A stretch of 41,508 nucleotides of DNA from a virus (lineage: Duplodnaviria; Caudoviricetes): positions 1 to 41,508 of the IMG/VR virus record IMGVR_UViG_3300024279_000011; one strand, 5' to 3'. This document shows positions 16,419-25,383 of the stretch, one piece after another. Position 1 is the first letter of the stretch; each line of letters starts with the position of its first letter. Under the pieces are notes generated by a model that was given only the letters and a program-made list of their open reading frames with translations, ran no database searches and was not told where the DNA came from. The position numbers and the translations under genes are program-made.

Positions 16419-18884
16419 CTATTGATACCCAATGCAGTGGTAAGTAAGTTTGTCGCTAGCCCCAAACGGGGTGGCGGCTGAAATAACTAGTGTAGTTGTT
16501 GAGGCTACGGGTTTCAGAAGTAGAGAGGTGCTCTCGTCGTCTACGGTGCAGATCGGGGCGTTACCCCAGATTTGAACGAAGGTAAGTGTGCAACTTGTAG
16601 CTATTCCCCCGGTACCGACTGTGATCCGGCCGGCAACGTCATTCCCGGCTACGCTTGGAGAACCGCTTCCACAGGAGCTTGGTGTTGGAGCCGATCCCGC
16701 AGTTACCACATGACCATCGAAGACGATTTTTCCCCTAGTGACTGTCGAGGCCCCAGTTGTCACTACAAAGTCCCCTGAGGTTCCCGCAGGAGAATTTCCG
16801 GTTGAGAGTTGGATCTTCCCGGATGTACCGGCGTCGGTGGCCCCAGTAAAGACCGAGAAATTCCCAGAGTTTGAAATGCCGGTAACGGCGCCAGAATAAA
16901 TCTGGATCTCTCCGCTATAGGCCACGTCATTAATTAGGCCATCGCCAGTATGGAGGACCATGTCACCGGACTGCCACTCAGTATCGCCGGTCAAAATACC
17001 GATACCTCCGCTGAAGCTGTTCTTTGCGGACCCAGTACTTAATCTAACCTGGCCAGTTGCCGTGTCGTTGCCTGTCAAGTGATTGGCGGTAGTATTACCC
17101 GACCCAATTTGAACGGAGCCCGTGGTAACGTTATCAACCGTGCTGTTTGTTTGTCCGGTGGCTAAGGTCATGTCCCCGGTTTGTTGGGTGGCAATCGTTG
17201 CGCCGGCAATAAGGCCCGTGTAGAAAAACATTCCCCCGGTTGGTCCTGAACCATTAGTTTGTCCGGTAGCGAAGAGAATCTTCTTCGTGGAGCTTGCGCC
17301 GTCATCAGTGGCAAAGGCGGTGTTAGTTTCAGCTCTTATGAAGAGATCTCCGGTAGCAAAGGACTGACCCGCGATAGTGACGGCCCCCGTTTGACGGGTA
17401 AATCTTCCGGCCTCTGAGCTTCCATTTGTATTGACGACCGTCGGCACATAGACAACTGCCGGAACCGTGGTCGATGATCCGATCTCGTAGGCGTTATTGG
17501 TGTCAAAGTGCAAATCGGTATTGATGGCGGTTGAGGCCAAATTAGAAAGCGCCGTATTGGCCCCGCTGCCACCGGTTCCCCACGAGACTGATGTTCCATT
17601 CGTAGTCAGGAATTTGCCGGAGTTTGAGGTCTGAGAAGGCACTAAAGCATTGATGGCCCCCGAGGCCGAAGTTTGTCCAGTCCCGCCGTTAGTTATAGAG
17701 AGCGTCCCGGAGACGTCGGCGGTCAGCGAGACGGCGCTAAATGATGGGGGTCCGGAAGCGTTCCCATGCAGGAGTGTTGTCGTAGTCCCGAGAGACCCCA
17801 GGGCGGCCGGTGGATTACCTGTGCCGCCCCCAAGTAGAATCTGATTGGCTGTAAAAGCTCCAGAGCTAGCAATTGTTCCCGACCCACTGAAATAAAGAAG
17901 CCCACCGGAAGTCCCCGATCCTATCCCAGTCCCTCCCCGGGCCACCGCGAGAGTTCCGGTAGTGAGTTTAGAGGTGTCAAGGCTTGGGATCATAGCGGAG
18001 GTCAAGAGACCGCCGGAATCCAACTTAGCTATCTTGTTGGCGTCTCCAGAGCCGCCGGTCGTGCCCGAATTCAAAGTTAAGACTGGCGTAGTGGTTCCTG
18101 TAGCGACCCCAATATCCGCATTGGAGCTCGTGACACTGGTAACGGTACCGCTCGTAGCGGCCGCCCAGCTCAAGACTCCAGAGCCATTGGTTTGAAGTAC
18201 GTAGCCAGAGGACCCATCGGTCCCTGGCCAGGTATAGGTCGTGCTGGCAGCCAATGTCGCCGGCGCCTTGAATCCGACAAAGAAAGCGTCAGTGTTGAGA
18301 TCATAAAACAGCAGTCTGTTCTCTTGATTTTGGCCGTTGTGGAGTTCGACGTCGTCGGCCAGAACGATCACTGGGCCCAGGCTTGGACTTCCAGAACCAT
18401 CCGCCTCGAGAGTCATCGCGTGAGTGGCCTGAACGAACAGATCTTGGTTGCTTCCAAAAGAGCCGATATCCCTGACGGCGACCGTTCCCCAATGGGTTCC
18501 GTTAATGTCCCCAAGGGCAATAGATTCTGATGCCGGAATCAGGTTGGCGTTCACCGAGGTGCTAACCAAGTTGCTCAACGCCGTATTGGCCCCCCCACAG
18601 GCGGCCCATAGGGTATTGGTCCCGTTGGTGCTTAAACACTTCGAGGAGTTACCGGCCTGGGAAGGAATGAGAGTCAGGAACATCGACTGAAAGGACGGGA
18701 GGTTAACAAGGTCCCAGAGCTGGACTCGATCGGTCTGGTCAAGCGAGTCGTTCACGAATGGTAGTGAATCGGATGACCCAACGGTGCTCGCGGCCTTCAA
18801 AGGAAGTTGGGAGATCTTGGTGTCCCCCAATGCCAGAGGGCACATGAAGACAAGTGTAGACAGGATCCAGAACAGTCGGCTCAT
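16419..18884 (-). CDS. Large mosaic tail-fibre/adhesin (821 aa) with N-terminal Sec signal peptide
   Basis: MSRLFWILSTLVFMCPLALG|DTKISQLP; duplicated PSQ..NS.K.L.TNGT..W..GGANTALSNL.ST..N module; GTL.V.RGGTG repeats; SG.I...TG beta-solenoid repeats; Cys-containing C-terminal domain. Confidence 0.85.
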   Translation of the reverse strand: MSRLFWILSTLVFMCPLALGDTKISQLPLKAASTVGSSDSLPFVNDSLDQTDRVQLWDLVNLPSFQSMFLTLIPSQAGNSSKCLSTNGTNTLWAACGGANTALSNLVSTSVNANLIPASESIALGDINGTHWGTVAVRDIGSFGSNQDLFVQATHAMTLEADGSGSPSLGPVIVLADDVELHNGQNQENRLLFYDLNTDAFFVGFKAPATLAASTTYTWPGTDGSSGYVLQTNGSGVLSWAAATSGTVTSVTSSNADIGVATGTTTPVLTLNSGTTGGSGDANKIAKLDSGGLLTSAMIPSLDTSKLTTGTLAVARGGTGIGSGTSGGLLYFSGSGTIASSGAFTANQILLGGGTGNPPAALGSLGTTTTLLHGNASGPPSFSAVSLTADVSGTLSITNGGTGQTSASGAINALVPSQTSNSGKFLTTNGTSVSWGTGGSGANTALSNLASTAINTDLHFDTNNAYEIGSSTTVPAVVYVPTVVNTNGSSEAGRFTRQTGAVTIAGQSFATGDLFIRAETNTAFATDDGASSTKKILFATGQTNGSGPTGGMFFYTGLIAGATIATQQTGDMTLATGQTNSTVDNVTTGSVQIGSGNTTANHLTGNDTATGQVRLSTGSAKNSFSGGIGILTGDTEWQSGDMVLHTGDGLINDVAYSGEIQIYSGAVTGISNSGNFSVFTGATDAGTSGKIQLSTGNSPAGTSGDFVVTTGASTVTRGKIVFDGHVVTAGSAPTPSSCGSGSPSVAGNDVAGRITVGTGGIATSCTLTFVQIWGNAPICTVDDESTSLLLKPVASTTTLVISAATPFGASDKLTYHCIGYQ

Positions 18885-19300
18885 ATGCCTAACCCACTTC
18901 CGCCCTCGGTCGAGAGGACCTCTCCGCTTTCGGTCAATAGATAATTTATGTTAAGGCCTTCGCTCACAGTGACAACTCCAAAGACCGTATCGACCTGGCA
19001 ACTGACACTTAAATTGCGATCGGCATCCAGCGTCGAAGAGAAGGTGTTAGGGACGATCCGGGTCACTCCCGGGGTGTTGAGGATCGAGTTACTGATGGCC
19101 AGCTCTAGGGCCAGGCGGTTCTTGCTACCTAGGAGGTTCCACCAATCGATCCCGGCCCCGATATCGAAGAAGCAATCCCCGGTGAAGGATTTAAGGCGAG
19201 TCCCAATGGCCTGGGCTGCGGCGTCGCGTCCAAACTTGTAGTCGTTCTGACCTTTGCCGAATGTCCAATCCCCATTTGCGTCCAATGCTCGAACTCTCAT
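18881..19300 (-). CDS. Baseplate wedge/sheath initiator (gp46/gp25-like)
   Basis: MRVRALDANGDWTFGKG, G.CFFD...GIDW; C-terminal LLTESGEVLSTEGG extension. Confidence 0.85.
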   Translation of the reverse strand: MRVRALDANGDWTFGKGQNDYKFGRDAAAQAIGTRLKSFTGDCFFDIGAGIDWWNLLGSKNRLALELAISNSILNTPGVTRIVPNTFSSTLDADRNLSVSCQVDTVFGVVTVSEGLNINYLLTESGEVLSTEGGSGLGI

Positions 19301-20001
19301 TCAAGTAACCCCGTGATAGTGGTTAAAAGCGACGTCAGGGCCGTTACGGCGGCCGGGTTAAGCGGGTTCCCTGCGGTAGGGGTCGCGGCCCCAAACGCCG
19401 TTATAAGGTCATTTGTGAGCGTCGTAAGAAGCGTCTTAAGGGTGTTCGAGCCATCCTGGGTTCCGATTCTGGCCAACCCGGTCTGGGGGTTTACGCCGAC
19501 CTGCATCGTCCCATCGGTGAGAACCGCACGGTCCGGGTCATAGGTTGTCAAGGCCCGTTTGAGGGATCTTAGCCCCACAAGAGCGATAGCGTCCGCAAAG
19601 GAGTGAAGCCGGGTTGAGGGAAGGGGTGCGACCTGGCCCGAGGCGAACCAGGTATCGATCGCCCGGTCGTTGAAGAGGAGGAGGCACTCATCCCCCTGGG
19701 CTATAGGCATATTCAGGAACCCGGCGCCACCGCTGAGGATCACTGCAGGGCACGAAACGACGAGGGGATAGTTGATGAAGTTATTCTTGTATTTGCTCGT
19801 CTGTTCATCAAAGACGACCTGGGTTTGAGGATAAGCCATTGTAGCCGTTACCGTCTGGTTGGACGAGTCGAAGCTCTGGATGATCCCGATATGGTGGCAA
19901 TTTAATCCTAGGAATATATCCCGCTCGAGGAGGTTCAGAAGGTCCGCCAACTGGAAGTCGGCATCCGGGACCTTGAGGGGCGGGATCTTGATATCGCTCA
20001 C
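19297..20001 (-). CDS. Baseplate spike (gp138-N/Mu gp45-like)
   Basis: GIIQSFD, P...GDECLLLFNDRAIDTW and RLHSFADA. Confidence 0.88.
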   Translation of the reverse strand: MSDIKIPPLKVPDADFQLADLLNLLERDIFLGLNCHHIGIIQSFDSSNQTVTATMAYPQTQVVFDEQTSKYKNNFINYPLVVSCPAVILSGGAGFLNMPIAQGDECLLLFNDRAIDTWFASGQVAPLPSTRLHSFADAIALVGLRSLKRALTTYDPDRAVLTDGTMQVGVNPQTGLARIGTQDGSNTLKTLLTTLTNDLITAFGAATPTAGNPLNPAAVTALTSLLTTITGLLE

Positions 20002-20897
20002 GCCGTCACCTCGAAGTCGAAGAACTCGGCGTCGAGTAGTCCCACAGTGGTCACAGTGGGCCCAGAGATAGTGGGGGCGATAATTCCCTTATGGGCGATG
20101 CTAATGATCTTGTAGGGCTTGTTCTCCGGCCGACCCTGAACCGTCGTGTTGAATTGTTTGGCCGTGAGACTCATGAGGCTGACCTTCTGGCCCACGGTGA
20201 AGTGGGGTTCAAAGAGGACATCGCAGATCACCCGGGGCCACTCGAGCTTTGGAGTGTTCAAGAGGCCGGTCTCGTTGCTGATCTCAAGGACCGATTGCTC
20301 AAAGAATTCGTTGTTCTTCAGGCAGTTCACGATCCCGTTATCGATAAAGACGCAGCCCCCGGTGATCTCATTGAGTACTTTGAACGCATCCCCGCTATAG
20401 GACTGAGCCCTGTCGAGGGTGCCTTCAAAATTCCCAATGACCCCTTTGGCGATCCCGATGGTCTGGCTCACCATAGAGTCGATCATCGCCGAGATGACCG
20501 AGGAGATCGGGGTCCCGGCCTGGAAGGTCATGTTAATATTGGGGGTGATGAACGCCCCGCCGCCGTCAAGGCATTCAAGGTCTGTAATGAAGTTAACCCC
20601 TTCCCGTACTGACCACGCCTCGGTGGCGTACCCGCGGAAAATCATGGGGAGGTCGTCTCCATAACCGGCGTTGAGTTGCACCTGGACATGGGACATCCGG
20701 CCGTAATCACTCGGGGCCTGCCGAATGAGATTCCGGTTCTGCTCCCCAAGATTGTAGATCCTCAATGCCGCCGTATTGGCCGAGGAGAGATCGTTTCGCA
20801 TGATCGAGAACTCCAGGGTGAACGGAGGATCGATCTCAATCTCCGCCTCGGGAGTCGTAACCTTCAAATGGTAATTGAGCCCGAACTTAGACGCCAT
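19998..20897 (-). CDS. Baseplate hub (Mu gp44-like)
   Basis: NTA.LRIYNL, L.AGY...IF.G, C.DGG and ETGLL..P. Confidence 0.85.
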   Translation of the reverse strand: MASKFGLNYHLKVTTPEAEIEIDPPFTLEFSIMRNDLSSANTAALRIYNLGEQNRNLIRQAPSDYGRMSHVQVQLNAGYGDDLPMIFRGYATEAWSVREGVNFITDLECLDGGGAFITPNINMTFQAGTPISSVISAMIDSMVSQTIGIAKGVIGNFEGTLDRAQSYSGDAFKVLNEITGGCVFIDNGIVNCLKNNEFFEQSVLEISNETGLLNTPKLEWPRVICDVLFEPHFTVGQKVSLMSLTAKQFNTTVQGRPENKPYKIISIAHKGIIAPTISGPTVTTVGLLDAEFFDFEVTA

Positions 20898-21231
20898 TCA
20901 GGAAGTCCTCATACTGCTGAACTTCTGCGGCGGTCAGAATAAAGAGTTGAGATTGAGCGGAGGAGAAATCCTCCTGGTGAGTTGGCTCCCGGCCGTCCTT
21001 AGAGAAGCACGCCATCCCAAAGGGGATCTGGTGCTGAAACTGTCTTAGGAAGTTCGGGCTGTTCGTGATCCGAAGTCCCGTGAGGGTGAATGTATTGTAT
21101 ACCAAGGAGACGATGAACCATCCATATTGCTGTGGCTTGAACTCCACCTGAAGCTGAATCCGGCTATTGTCCGGAAGGATGATGGTCTGTTTCTGCTGAG
21201 GATCGAAGGAGAACTTATTGACGGAGAACAT
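20887..21231 (-). CDS. Small baseplate protein
   Basis: Position between the Dit-like and hub genes; PQQ...I...L...Q.GW pattern. Confidence 0.7.
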   Translation of the reverse strand: MFSVNKFSFDPQQKQTIILPDNSRIQLQVEFKPQQYGWFIVSLVYNTFTLTGLRITNSPNFLRQFQHQIPFGMACFSKDGREPTHQEDFSSAQSQLFILTAAEVQQYEDFLNGV

Positions 21232-22028
21232 CAGCCCCCCAACTTACTGGAGAAGGTATCACCTGAGATCGGGGGGCGGTTGACCCCAAGGTTCCTCACG
21301 GGAGAGGCCTGCATCGATAGGCGTCCTTCTGACTGACCCGAGGTATCGTTGAAGATGCTCTGGGTGAAGTTCATCTGCTTGAACGTGACCTCGAAGTCCG
21401 TAATTACCCTGGTGTCCTCGGCCTGGATCGCCCTCAGACTCTTAATGGCCATATCGAAGTAAAGGGCCCATGGGGTCTGAACCGTGAAGAGACGACGCTC
21501 GCTCCAGTACCCTTTGAACTGCCCATAGACGATCTGCTGCTTTGTCTGCGTGTCCCGCGGGAGCCCACGGTAAGCTTCGACCGCTGCTTCAGCCGCCTTC
21601 TTGGCCGTATTGTAGAGAAGGGTCGCCTCATTGAACGCCAAGAGGGCCGCTACCGAAAGGCTTGGGACGAACCCCCCGATAAGGGTCAGCTTCTGGGCCG
21701 CAGTCTGGAGCTTCTCTAGTTCCTTGGGAACGACGTCGTTGAGTTCGGCAATAAACCCGTGGGTCGTGATCGTAATCGGCTTAAGGCTGATCTGGTTCTG
21801 GATCGCGGTATTGTCCTCGATGAAGTGATCTGTGATATCGCTTTCCATAGTGTCCGTCTGCTCACCCTCATAGTTGAAGATGATCGGAGAGGGTTGTTCC
21901 TGGTCGGCGGTCGTCCCGGATTTCAATTGAGGCCAGATCCCGACATTCTTCTGAGGTGTCACTAGAACTAGGTTCGATAGACCAGAAGCTGAAGTCGTTA
22001 GGGTTGCGAGCTGTGAAACGCTTGGCAT
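21231..22028 (-). CDS. Tail tube initiator / Dit-like baseplate protein
   Basis: E....ESDITDHFIEDN..I...I...P..IT..G and FTVQTPW..Y..MAI. Confidence 0.8.
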   Translation of the reverse strand: MPSVSQLATLTTSASGLSNLVLVTPQKNVGIWPQLKSGTTADQEQPSPIIFNYEGEQTDTMESDITDHFIEDNTAIQNQISLKPITITTHGFIAELNDVVPKELEKLQTAAQKLTLIGGFVPSLSVAALLAFNEATLLYNTAKKAAEAAVEAYRGLPRDTQTKQQIVYGQFKGYWSERRLFTVQTPWALYFDMAIKSLRAIQAEDTRVITDFEVTFKQMNFTQSIFNDTSGQSEGRLSMQASPVRNLGVNRPPISGDTFSSKLGG

Positions 22029-23195
22029 TTAGTTCACCTTGCCCCTGAAGCGTTGCCGCCCGACGTCCTGAACCGCCTTCTTGAAGTGATGAGCCCCTTC
22101 TTGCGCGTCCTTAACCCCGTGGTTATTGACCACGACGTTCGCGTTGTTGTTCACGACCGGGGGATTCTCGGCTCGTCCAGGGTTCTTAAGGACCGGGTGG
22201 ACCATATTCAAATGCATATTTTCTGAGGCCCTGGCCGCCTGCTCCTCGAACCACTTCGAATCCTGAAGGACTCCCATCTGACGAGCCTTAGTGGCCTGGG
22301 TCTGTTTGGGGCCCTCCATATCGTGCTTCCCACCGATCGAGTCCGAGATCTCCTTGAGATAGCTCAAGATCTCAGTCCATCCCTCGAAGGCGAGCTTGAT
22401 CGCATCGAAGACCTTCAGGCTCTCGGAGAGCTTAAGTAGAGACTCCACAAGGGCTAGAACCTGGGGCGTGATCTTTTGAAGGTCAGCCACGATCTGGGGG
22501 CCGTGCTTAGCAACGAGCTTGTCCATCCCCGTCTGGGCCTGGGCGAAGACGTTGGAGAATCCTACGTGGACTTTGCGCATATTCTCGAGCTGACGGTCTG
22601 AGAGTACTGGAGCGCGGTTGAGGATGTTAGGTGTAAACACGTTCTGGTGAAGGGCCGAGAGCATCCCCTCATTAACCCCGAAGGACTGAATGAGTTGCTT
22701 CGAGAGATCCGGAGGAAGCTTAGGCAGAGCCTTTTGGATACGCTCCAGGATGTAGAAGGCTCCAGTGGTCTTATCCATGGCGTTCTTCATATCGAAGGAC
22801 TCATCCTGGTCTTTGAGGGCCTTCATGAAGAAGCCTAAACCCTCAGGCTGCCCCTTCCCGAGCTTGACCATGTTCGTAAACGCGGTCTGAACCCCGGTGA
22901 CTGAGGATTGAACCTCCTCCATTGTGGCCCCGGCCTGGCGCCCGGCGTAGACCCACTGCTGAAGCATCTTTGTCGAGAGCCCCGTGTTCTCGGCGAAGCG
23001 CATGAAGTTGAGACCGGTCTGACCCGACTTTGAGGCCATCTGCTCGAGCCCATAAAGGGCCGCAAGAATTCCGGCCTTCGCCGCAAGGGCTGAGGTAGAG
23101 ATCTCCTTTAGAGAGATATTGGTGTCAGTGAGGGCCTTCTGGGTCTTCTCCTGACCCTTGAGGCCGATCGCAATGAAAAGTTCCCCCGCTTTCAC
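22029..23195 (-). CDS. Tape measure protein (short, 388 aa)
   Basis: Alpha-helical; ELFIAIG N-terminus and TGLST..LQQW.YAG; follows the tail chaperones. Confidence 0.8.
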   Translation of the reverse strand: MKAGELFIAIGLKGQEKTQKALTDTNISLKEISTSALAAKAGILAALYGLEQMASKSGQTGLNFMRFAENTGLSTKMLQQWVYAGRQAGATMEEVQSSVTGVQTAFTNMVKLGKGQPEGLGFFMKALKDQDESFDMKNAMDKTTGAFYILERIQKALPKLPPDLSKQLIQSFGVNEGMLSALHQNVFTPNILNRAPVLSDRQLENMRKVHVGFSNVFAQAQTGMDKLVAKHGPQIVADLQKITPQVLALVESLLKLSESLKVFDAIKLAFEGWTEILSYLKEISDSIGGKHDMEGPKQTQATKARQMGVLQDSKWFEEQAARASENMHLNMVHPVLKNPGRAENPPVVNNNANVVVNNHGVKDAQEGAHHFKKAVQDVGRQRFRGKVN

Positions 23196-23428
23196 TTATT
23201 CAGCTCCATATAGGCAGCCTCATAGTCAGCGAGGAATCTCTCGTAGTTTAGGGCCTGAATTACCGTTCGTGCGTCCAACTGACTAGCCTCCAAAACCGAG
23301 GAGCAGTACCCCTCTTTAACCAGCCGGAAGTAGATCAGAAGAACATCGTCGCTCGCCTCTATGTCAGGTCTTTTGTGATCGCGCCCAAAAGATGTCCGTA
23401 CTCGGCATAGAGGCTCTTCCCGAAAGGG
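23192..23428 (-). CDS. -1 frameshift extension of the tail assembly chaperone (lambda gpGT analogue)
   Basis: Slippery heptamer C CCT TTC (plus strand 23422-23428). The -1 frame is open to TGA at 23192 and encodes ...DDVLLIYFRLVKEGY...YEAAYMELNK. Confidence 0.75.
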   Translation of the reverse strand, partial: PFREEPLCRVRTSFGRDHKRPDIEASDDVLLIYFRLVKEGYCSSVLEASQLDARTVIQALNYERFLADYEAAYMELNK

Positions 23429-23754
23429 AGGATGTTTTCCTTCGCCACCTCATAGCAGGCGTGGATGTAGTCCTCGCGTGCCTGAACTGGTTCAAACGTG
23501 TTCTTGTCAATCCTCACGCCCTTATAAAGGGCCGAGGCCATGCACTCCCAAACACAGTCTTCAATCTTCTTTGAGGAGAGGAATCCACAGAACAGGTCCT
23601 TGACGAAGTTCGTATCGAGCTCGTCGCTCGCGGTGATCTTCATCCCCTTCATCTCTTCGAGGACCGCCTGGTAGAGCGCCTTCGCTTTCGCAAAGGGCGC
23701 CGGCTGTACTTGGATTTCAACCCCGCTTGGGAGTTTGATCGTCTTCAGTTCCAT
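23359..23754 (-). CDS. Tail assembly chaperone
   Basis: Located between the tube and tape measure genes; contains the frameshift site. Confidence 0.8.
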   Translation of the reverse strand: MELKTIKLPSGVEIQVQPAPFAKAKALYQAVLEEMKGMKITASDELDTNFVKDLFCGFLSSKKIEDCVWECMASALYKGVRIDKNTFEPVQAREDYIHACYEVAKENILPFGKSLYAEYGHLLGAITKDLT

Positions 23755-23765
23755 TCAGCTCCCTA

Positions 23766-24221
23766 TTAAGTGAGAATCCTCGGGGCGTTGCTGAAGCGCA
23801 TGGTGTACATAGCCACACTCTGCTCAGCCTCTCCATCGACGTTCGTCTTCCCCTCAACCTGTTTACTGAAGACCCCACCGGACATGATGTAGGTGTCAGA
23901 GGTCACGTTCCCGAGACCGTCACCGACCTTCTTGATGAAGCTTCCGATCATGAGGATAGTCCCAGAGAAGTTGGCCTGCTGCTGGGCGAGTTTCCCATTG
24001 AGGTACTTGTCCGAATCCGAACCACGGATCACTCGAACTTTGACCTCACACTGCTTTCCAGTCTCGTTGAGGCCGTAGATGGAGTTCCCATTCTTCCCGG
24101 TCTTCACGACGGCGATCTCGTTGGGGAAGGTTAGCTCCACCGCATTCCCATCGGCCAAGTCCTTTAAGAGGACGTTGTCGATGACGACGGTGTCTGACCC
24201 TGATAATGCGACGGTGCTCAT
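23766..24221 (-). CDS. Tail tube protein
   Basis: 151 aa, beta-rich, directly after the sheath; G.NG......N..G pattern. Confidence 0.82.
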   Translation of the reverse strand: MSTVALSGSDTVVIDNVLLKDLADGNAVELTFPNEIAVVKTGKNGNSIYGLNETGKQCEVKVRVIRGSDSDKYLNGKLAQQQANFSGTILMIGSFIKKVGDGLGNVTSDTYIMSGGVFSKQVEGKTNVDGEAEQSVAMYTMRFSNAPRILT

Positions 24222-24241
24222 TTAAACCTCCAATAGTTTCT

Positions 24242-25369
24242 TCACGCGTTAACGTTGACTATAATGCTGGCGCTATCGATCGCTCCGGCTTCCTTCAGGG
24301 CAATCTGAACCAGTGGGGCCTTTCTGGCCTCGCGATCAACCTGGGGTTGCTTGCCGATGGGCAGAGAGAAAATGTAGTAACCCCTCTGGAGAATATTGGC
24401 CAAGAAGTCCCCCTGATTCCCGAAGGTCGTGGGGCTGTTCCACTGACCCGGGGCCGAGTACTGGTTGGTCACGGCCTGCTCACAGACGGCCCGGAGCGCC
24501 CCCTTAAACCCATCCATCCCGCCCTCGGTCTGAGGGATCTTCGTGGATGTTTGAGCCAGGTAGTTGAAGGCCGCCACTTGCAGAGCGCCCACATACCATT
24601 GAAGGTTATAGACCTGGTCGAAGAACTTATTGGCCCCGGAGCAGAACACCTTGGGAACCCCTTGGAGGCTCACATAGGTATCGGCGCCGGCGTTCTTGCA
24701 CTTGGTGAGCAGGGTCTGGTCCATCGAGGGATCGGGCTGGACGCTGATCAGATCCTTAAGGTGCATGTTCTGAGTGGTGTTGGATCCGGAGAAGTTCGTC
24801 GAGAAGGCCCGTCCCCCATAGGAGGCCATCATAGTCAGGGCGTCGGTGTCGTTGTCGGCCCCATAGAAGAGCCCGCGGCTCTGGGTGAATCCACCGGTGC
24901 GGATCTGGTCAATGATCCCTGAGGTGGGTTCCACAGAGTCCGGATCGCGCTCCACAAAGAGGAGGATCTTATTGAGGGTCTGAACCACGGCGGCCGCAGC
25001 CAGGATATCGGCGTCCGTCTCAATCTGGGTGGAGAGAATTCCGAAGTACTGAACCAGGTCCTCGGTTCTGGCGATGGCGGCGTCGAGAGTCTCTGATGCC
25101 TCAAAGGGAATCACGACTAAATACCCGCCTCCTGCAAGTATGTTCGGCTGCTGAGAGAATATCGCAAGCGCCATCTTGTAGGTCACTGAGCTCGTCCCGA
25201 AGTCGTCTCCGACCTCCTTGGGAGTCAGGTAGATCTTGAACCCATCGTCAAAGACTGGGTCTGGGGTTTCGGTGGTGAAGAGGGCCAAGTTGCTTGTGTT
25301 GTACGCCCCAAGGCCCGCGGGGGTTTCGGCGACAGAGACGTCGATGACGTTTGTAAGCTGCAGTTCCAT
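24242..25369 (-). CDS. Tail sheath protein (DUF3383-like)
   Basis: NVIDVSV, VGDDFGTSS..YK.A..IFSQ.P, KIPQTEGG and REARKAP.....KEAGAI. Confidence 0.9.
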   Translation of the reverse strand: MELQLTNVIDVSVAETPAGLGAYNTSNLALFTTETPDPVFDDGFKIYLTPKEVGDDFGTSSVTYKMALAIFSQQPNILAGGGYLVVIPFEASETLDAAIARTEDLVQYFGILSTQIETDADILAAAAVVQTLNKILLFVERDPDSVEPTSGIIDQIRTGGFTQSRGLFYGADNDTDALTMMASYGGRAFSTNFSGSNTTQNMHLKDLISVQPDPSMDQTLLTKCKNAGADTYVSLQGVPKVFCSGANKFFDQVYNLQWYVGALQVAAFNYLAQTSTKIPQTEGGMDGFKGALRAVCEQAVTNQYSAPGQWNSPTTFGNQGDFLANILQRGYYIFSLPIGKQPQVDREARKAPLVQIALKEAGAIDSASIIVNVNA

Positions 25370-25383
25370 GTTTAAAAACCTCC

